Source: an uncultured virus (IMG/VR IMGVR_UViG_3300021092_000027)
Taxonomy: Duplodnaviria > Heunggongvirae > Uroviricota > Caudoviricetes
Direction: 5' to 3' (one strand)
Length of the DNA stretch: 64,000 bases
IMG/VR virus record: IMGVR_UViG_3300021092_000027
Positions 58,196-64,000 of the stretch are shown here, piece after piece (position 1 is the stretch's first letter; the number at the start of each line of letters is the position of its first letter). The notes below the pieces were generated by a model. That model searched no databases. It worked only from the letters and a program-made list of their open reading frames with translations, and was not told the DNA's origin. Position numbers and translations under genes: made by a program.

Positions 58196-59189
58196 AGAAA
58201 GAAGTCAATTCATTAAATCCAAAGTCATCTCCAGCTTCAACCAGAGCATCATCTGCCGTAGTAATTACATCGACAGGTGTTCCAGCAGCATGTGCGTCTG
58301 CTATAGTACCGTTCTGAGCTCGAACGACGGCAATCTTATTCGTACCTGGTTTTGATTTAACCTTCATTACTTCATTACCAATTTCTACAAATGCTCCAAT
58401 TGGAATATTTGTAAAGTCCGCAACCTCAATAGTGAGAGTCTTAGTTGTAATTGCACTAACAATAGTTGTTGTGTTATCCTTGTCTCTATCAACCAGTGCC
58501 TTTGGAGTAACTTGATAGGATACTTGTCTAGTTGCAGCTAAATCAACCTTGGTATGATAATCGACAGTTGCTTTTTTGATTGGCGACGTTGTTCCAACGG
58601 GACCAAAGACGTATGCTTTAGCTGTAAAATTTAAAGTGAAAAGTGTGAGTTTGCGATCATCAAATGATCCTTCATAATCATCTGAATATGAGATACTATT
58701 CAGAGTGATTGGAACGTCTCTAAACTCTTCCATCTCTTCTACAAGTTTGATGGTAAGGTTATAAGATGGTTGGAAGAATGGTAAAATCTGCTCGACAATT
58801 TCTAACGCATCATCATTTGTCTTTGAGATAATATTTAACTCAAAGTCAATATTGTATGGGACAGGAGTAAATTGCTTCTTGACTACGTTATTATCTACAG
58901 ACTTAAATGTAGTTGTGATTGGAGCTAACTTTCTAGATGCATCATAAGAAATACCAGTCATCTCAAATGAAAGACGTGGTAAAGTAATAGCAACCTTTTG
59001 ATTTAAGTCTGCTTGTTCTGTAATTCTTGCGAGAAACTTTTGGCGAGGTCCATATGCAAGAGGAACTTTCATCCTACTATAAGTAGTTCCATCTGGATTT
59101 TCTTTTCTTACTTCAATAGTATTGAAGACAGTTCCGAATGCAATAACACACTTTCGGATTATCTTATTATAAGTATAGGTTCCCAACAT
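58188..59189 (-). CDS. gp15: Tail sheath stabiliser/neck protein
   Basis: FGTVFN, VPLAYGP, EQILPFFQP. Confidence 0.93.
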   Translation of the reverse strand: MLGTYTYNKIIRKCVIAFGTVFNTIEVRKENPDGTTYSRMKVPLAYGPRQKFLARITEQADLNQKVAITLPRLSFEMTGISYDASRKLAPITTTFKSVDNNVVKKQFTPVPYNIDFELNIISKTNDDALEIVEQILPFFQPSYNLTIKLVEEMEEFRDVPITLNSISYSDDYEGSFDDRKLTLFTLNFTAKAYVFGPVGTTSPIKKATVDYHTKVDLAATRQVSYQVTPKALVDRDKDNTTTIVSAITTKTLTIEVADFTNIPIGAFVEIGNEVMKVKSKPGTNKIAVVRAQNGTIADAHAAGTPVDVITTADDALVEAGDDFGFNELTSFYG

Positions 59190-59190
59190 A

Positions 59191-60519
59191 TCAAGTAGCT
59201 ACTCCAAATGGATTCGATTCAGTGAAATCTATAATGTCATCACCACTGACTTCATAGAATTCATTTTCATAATATTTAGTATCTGTACTATCTATGTTAT
59301 TATAAGAGTTGAGTGAAATGATCGCTCCAGAATTATCTCCAATAATCGCTTCACCGAGACTAAATGATTTTGTTGGATTCTTGAGTTTAATCCAACCCTC
59401 AGATGAATCCCACTCAACGAGTTGTGCTTGAGAACCAGTTGTTCCACCAGTTACAGTTTCTGGCACAACAAAAGATCCAGTGATTCCTGATGGTGGAGCA
59501 GAGAATGAGACAGTGGCAGTGGTATATCCTGAACCTGCATTTGTTACATCAATAAGACGAACTGACTTGTAGTTTGATCCACCATCAAGTAACTTGATAG
59601 ATGTTAAAACTCCATTCGTAAATACTGGAAGCATAGAAGCAGTTTGTCCACCAGTATCGGGATCTGAGACAACGAGAATTGTTCTATCCTCGTCATAACT
59701 TAAACCACCATCAACGATAGTAACTGCTCTTATTTCTCCATCCTTTACAGTAGCTCTAATTTTTGCTGCTCGAATAGGAGTTCCACCAGTCAGAGATACT
59801 GTTGCGAGATATGCTTTTGCAGTAGCTCCATTTCCATCTCCAGCAATTGTTACTGTTGGTGCTTCCATATATGAAGATCCACCATTAGTAATCAGAACTT
59901 GCTCAATCGATCCATTATTACGAGTAAGATTAGCAGTTGCAGTTGTTCCAGTATCTTTAAGGTAGTAGTACTTAACAGTATATCCAGTATCAATAAGTTC
60001 TTCGTCTCCCTCAAAGATATCTCCTTTCTCATCTTGATATTCAAAGAGCTCACACTTGAGTTTAAATATGTAGTTCTTTCCAATCTGATAGAATGGTTCT
60101 TCGTGTTCTACAAATTTGATTTCAAAATAATTATTAGTTAGTGGGAAGTAAACCAGATCACCTTCCTGTGGTCTTGTTCCTAAAAGAACTTCTGGATCTG
60201 CTAGTAAAAACTGTGAGATAAGATCCTCAAATCTTTGCTGGGAAATGACAAGAGTAATCTCATCGGATTGTCTAATTCCAAATTTAGTAAGTAAGTCTCC
60301 ACCACCTTGGAATCCCTCGGCATTTTCTAAGTAAGCTTCGATGATATATGAGTCATCAAATTGAGAAATGATCTCTTCGTTAAAAACACTATCCTTACTA
60401 ACAAGTTGTCTTGGAATATAAAGAATATCCATCCCAAACATCTTGAGATATTCCTCCACAAGATTTTGTTGAAGGAATTGTTCGTTGCGAGTTCCGTGAG
60501 TGAAGTATACGTTTCTCAT
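59191..60519 (-). CDS. gp14: Neck protein with inserted GGSxY-repeat domain
   Basis: RPQEGDLVYFP, FEIKFVEHEEPFYQ, DFTESNPFG. Confidence 0.92.
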   Translation of the reverse strand: MRNVYFTHGTRNEQFLQQNLVEEYLKMFGMDILYIPRQLVSKDSVFNEEIISQFDDSYIIEAYLENAEGFQGGGDLLTKFGIRQSDEITLVISQQRFEDLISQFLLADPEVLLGTRPQEGDLVYFPLTNNYFEIKFVEHEEPFYQIGKNYIFKLKCELFEYQDEKGDIFEGDEELIDTGYTVKYYYLKDTGTTATANLTRNNGSIEQVLITNGGSSYMEAPTVTIAGDGNGATAKAYLATVSLTGGTPIRAAKIRATVKDGEIRAVTIVDGGLSYDEDRTILVVSDPDTGGQTASMLPVFTNGVLTSIKLLDGGSNYKSVRLIDVTNAGSGYTTATVSFSAPPSGITGSFVVPETVTGGTTGSQAQLVEWDSSEGWIKLKNPTKSFSLGEAIIGDNSGAIISLNSYNNIDSTDTKYYENEFYEVSGDDIIDFTESNPFGVAT

Positions 60520-61325
60520 CCGATCATATCCAGCGGTGGCATTTCGTACATCGTGAGCATTTCTGACTCAAGTTTTTCTACTGCTTCTTTTCCTTCGTTG
60601 TAAATAAATTCACCGTTCATGGTGATTCCACCAGGAAGTTGAGCGCCCTGGAACTTAATCAGGTTTGCTCCCCACTGACGACGAATCAAAGCAGTTAGAT
60701 ATCTCTTAACCCAGATATCGTTATATACATTATTGTAATCTGCTGGATCAATAGCTCGATAACATTCGAATACCAAGTAGTCTCCAGCCGCAAGATCTTC
60801 TTGAACGTCGATATCTAAGAAGAGGCGATTTCCTCTCATATTAAATCTTACTTGCTTCTGCCCTTCGAGTAAAAAATAGATATCTTCAAGTCTTCTGTTT
60901 ACCATTTCATAAGTCAGAATCTCAGTTTGAGTAAGATCCCAAAGATCATTAAGTCTCCACTGATATCTAACATCAAAAAGATTAGTTGTATTTTTTGAAG
61001 TAAAATCAAAGATCTTGATCACACTTGTAATGTGAGATGGAAGTGTGATAAAATTATTTTGCTCTTTAAATGATGTAGATCTTGCACCAACCTGAGTCGT
61101 TGTAGTAGTCGTATCAGTTTTCATCAGGTCAATTGTTGCTTGATCAAATTGATACTTCAAATAAGTTTTGATGTATCCATCCATGTGACGCTCATTATAA
61201 AATTGGATAGCGTCATCTACGAGATCATCGATCTGATCATCATCGACGTTAATTTCTAATACTGGAGCTCCCAACTGACGCAGAGCGTAGTCGATAAGAT
61301 TTTGTCTGGAAGATGGCTTTGACAT
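60516..61325 (-). CDS. gp13: Neck protein
   Basis: LRQLGAPVLEINV, QWGANLIKF, LPGGITMNG. Confidence 0.95.
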   Translation of the reverse strand: MSKPSSRQNLIDYALRQLGAPVLEINVDDDQIDDLVDDAIQFYNERHMDGYIKTYLKYQFDQATIDLMKTDTTTTTTQVGARSTSFKEQNNFITLPSHITSVIKIFDFTSKNTTNLFDVRYQWRLNDLWDLTQTEILTYEMVNRRLEDIYFLLEGQKQVRFNMRGNRLFLDIDVQEDLAAGDYLVFECYRAIDPADYNNVYNDIWVKRYLTALIRRQWGANLIKFQGAQLPGGITMNGEFIYNEGKEAVEKLESEMLTMYEMPPLDMIG

Positions 61326-61327
61326 GA

Positions 61328-64000
61328 TTAAACTTGATTTACGTTGAACCTAATACGTACATAATAAGTTGTGTTTGGATCTAAAGATACATCCTGTGGT
61401 AGAATGTATTGGGTCTTGTTAGCGGTGTTACCAAGTGATTGGTGAATGATTGTTTGGAATTGGTTTGTTGGTGAAAACTGCCAATCACTAGATGTGTGTG
61501 CATATCCAGCTTTAACTTGTGCTGGGTCTACATTAATTGTTGGATTAAACGCGGGAACAATTGTTTGGATAACTGGTTGATCTACGAATGGAGTTGTGAA
61601 GTTTTGAGCAGAAGTGTAAGAACTTTCAAGACCATTTTGGTCTCTGAATTTTACTTGAACACTATAAACAGTATCAAATGACAGAATTCCAGGTGGGACT
61701 GTAAATGTTGTTAGATTTCCAGTGTCACCTGCTGCAAAAATGCTTGCTGTATCATAGATGATTGTGTTATCTCCAACTCTTTTGATTCTCCAGAAAGTTG
61801 AATAGTGAGTCGATCCAGTATATTGAGAAACAAATGCTGATGTAGTAATTGTAGGAGTTCTGGAGAATGTTTTCAGCGTATCTGGATCTGTTGTTACAGT
61901 CACAGTAGCTGGAGCACTTACAAACTCAGATTCATTTACAGTCAACGTTGCAACGCTAGAAGTTACAGTAGTTGCAGCAAGGTTTGTTAGCACACATCTA
62001 TATTGTACGTTTGGAGTTGTTGGATATACAGTTGGGGCAGTTGTATAACTGGAAGAGTTCGCACCATTAATATTACTCCAGTTAGCTCCAGAGTTACTTG
62101 AGATTTGCCACTGATATGAAATTACATCACTAGTAATCGTTGCAATTACAGTAAAGGTTGCAGTAAATCCTTCAATAACAGCAACGCTTTGTGGTTGTGT
62201 TGTTATTGTAATTACTCTGAGAACTGTAAGTAATGCAAATGTTGATGTTTGTGATCCAGCAGAACCAGTGAGAGTTACAACGCAACGATAACGATCATTA
62301 TTATCTTGAGTGTATACTAACTGAGGAGTCGTATATGATGAGTTGGTCGCACCAGAAATATTAGAGTAGTTAACACCACCATCATCAGATCTTTGCCACT
62401 GATAAGATGGAGCTCCACTACTTGCGCTAACAGTTACTGAGAATGTAACAGTACTATTTTCATTTGCTGTTTGATTATTTGGATTTGCAGTAATTGTGAA
62501 AGTTCTTAGTACAGTTAATGTGACACTATTTGTGTATGCTGGCGCAGCTGCACCAGTAGCATCAATTTTACATCTGTAGCGATCTCCATTATCACTGGCA
62601 TATGTAAGAGTTCCTGTTGTATATGATGCTGAAGTAGCTCCAGAGATATCTCCCCAGTTGCTTCCGCCATCATCTGATTTCTGCCACTGATATGTTACTG
62701 GTGGTTCGTGCTGGGACTGCAGAGATACTGAGTATGGATCTATGGAGTTACCACTACCTGCAGAAGGAGTTGTGAAATCTTCAACGTCAAAGGAGGATGA
62801 AGCTGCATTAGCTCCAATCTGACCCATCGTTACATCACCAAGACATGTAAATGTTGCCGTGGCATTTTCATTTGCAGTTTTATTTGTTGGTTGTTGAATA
62901 ACTACTGGAGTTACTGTTTCTACTTGTAATGTTGCACTTCCCGAGTTGACTGGAGTAGCTCCAGTACATGAAAGAACGCAACGATATCTTTGCTCATCAT
63001 TTGATGCAGTTAATGTTGGAGTTGTATAAGTTGCTGTTGTTGCACCACTTCCTCCAACTACGTTAGACCACGATGCTCCACCATTAATTGAGAACTGCCA
63101 CTGGTAGGTAATATCTCCAGGATCACTGTCGGAGGTTGTAGCTACAACGCTAAACTGTACTGTACCACCAACTGCTCCAGTTACATTTTGAGGTTGAGTT
63201 GTAACTGTAATTGTTCGAGTCAATAGCAGTTGAGCTGCACTTGACGTTACTGGAGATGCTCCAGTTGCTGAGCAAATGCATCTATAGTAATGTCCAAAAT
63301 CAGCATCGTATGTTGTTGCTCCTGTTGTATAAGACGCAGACGTTGCTCCAGATACTGATGTGTATGAGATACCATCGTTAGATTTTTCCCACTGATAAGA
63401 TATTGATGCAGCATCAAGTGTAGATGCGGTTACGAAGAATGTGGCTGCAGCAGGAGCCACTGGAGTTTGGTTAGTTGGTTGAGTGCCAATAGTAACTACT
63501 CTGAATACTGTTAGTGTTGCTGAGTTTGTCGTTGTTGTTGCAACTGCAGTCGCACTGTTAAGAACACAACGATATTGATTGCCATTAAAAGCAAAATCAT
63601 CATCTACGGTAAGAGTTCCAGTTGTTTCTCCACTATGTCCAGCAAGAGAAGAAATATTTGCCCAAGTAGAACCACCGTTTGTTGAACGCTGCCACTGAAA
63701 AGTAACGGTTGATCCATCATCTGCAGTACCAGCAGCAGTAAATGTTGCGTTAATACCAGCTCCCGCTTCTACTGAAGTATTTGATGGTTGAGTTGTGACA
63801 GTAATTGCTACCCCAGTGCCAGTAATTGTGAAGTTATAATTTCTAGACTGACCAGTTGTAGTTTCAGTAACTGTAATATTATATGTAAGATTTTGATATG
63901 ATGCAGTTACTGTACCAGAAAGAACACCAGTGGTTCCATTAAAGGTAAGACCAGTTCCAGAAATACTAGTGCCACTTAAAGTGTAACCTTGAATTGTAAT
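61328..64000 (-). CDS. Large Ig-repeat virion protein (5' part lies beyond the window)
   Basis: Frame appears to stay open to base 64000; about six repeats of ITxQP…YQWQ…YRC plus FN3-like C-terminal domains. Confidence 0.85.
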   Translation of the reverse strand: MTIQGYTLSGTSISGTGLTFNGTTGVLSGTVTASYQNLTYNITVTETTTGQSRNYNFTITGTGVAITVTTQPSNTSVEAGAGINATFTAAGTADDGSTVTFQWQRSTNGGSTWANISSLAGHSGETTGTLTVDDDFAFNGNQYRCVLNSATAVATTTTNSATLTVFRVVTIGTQPTNQTPVAPAAATFFVTASTLDAASISYQWEKSNDGISYTSVSGATSASYTTGATTYDADFGHYYRCICSATGASPVTSSAAQLLLTRTITVTTQPQNVTGAVGGTVQFSVVATTSDSDPGDITYQWQFSINGGASWSNVVGGSGATTATYTTPTLTASNDEQRYRCVLSCTGATPVNSGSATLQVETVTPVVIQQPTNKTANENATATFTCLGDVTMGQIGANAASSSFDVEDFTTPSAGSGNSIDPYSVSLQSQHEPPVTYQWQKSDDGGSNWGDISGATSASYTTGTLTYASDNGDRYRCKIDATGAAAPAYTNSVTLTVLRTFTITANPNNQTANENSTVTFSVTVSASSGAPSYQWQRSDDGGVNYSNISGATNSSYTTPQLVYTQDNNDRYRCVVTLTGSAGSQTSTFALLTVLRVITITTQPQSVAVIEGFTATFTVIATITSDVISYQWQISSNSGANWSNINGANSSSYTTAPTVYPTTPNVQYRCVLTNLAATTVTSSVATLTVNESEFVSAPATVTVTTDPDTLKTFSRTPTITTSAFVSQYTGSTHYSTFWRIKRVGDNTIIYDTASIFAAGDTGNLTTFTVPPGILSFDTVYSVQVKFRDQNGLESSYTSAQNFTTPFVDQPVIQTIVPAFNPTINVDPAQVKAGYAHTSSDWQFSPTNQFQTIIHQSLGNTANKTQYILPQDVSLDPNTTYYVRIRFNVNQV

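Noticed and set aside
61328..64000. Diversity-generating retroelement target or DNA tandem repeat
   Set aside because: Repeats are diverged at protein level only; no template/variable repeat pair or reverse transcriptase seen

Overview
The window is a contiguous piece of a large T4-like cyanophage (myovirus) genome. Almost all genes are on the minus strand. In transcription order (right to left) it holds: an Ig-repeat structural gene; the neck, terminase, tail and head module (gp13-gp23, gp3); uvsY/uvsW, gp55 and gp47/gp46; a cobT-like/cobS pair with speD and pebS; the replisome (gp45/44/62, regA, gp43, uvsX, gp41, gp61) with dam, hsp20, mazG and thioredoxin; nrdA/nrdB; and an accessory region with four tRNAs, several structured RNAs and many small ORFs. 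Six 2OG-Fe(II) oxygenase-like genes are scattered between core genes. The most unusual signals are: (1) an NtcA box plus tandem glutamine-riboswitch-like RNA, one aptamer of which has a 50-codon ORF inside it, ahead of a chain of DUF4278-type peptides; (2) an uncharacterised protein whose N-terminus copies the predicted mature N-arm of the major capsid protein (16/22 identical, mostly with different synonymous codons); (3) a dnaX-style -1 frameshift signal at the end of a putative head-internal protein; (4) a two-unit covarying RNA repeat (abiF-like) next to an orphan Phd-like antitoxin and tRNAs; (5) four Sm/Hfq-like paralogues next to candidate small RNAs. All family calls come from motif recognition by eye; no database search was run.
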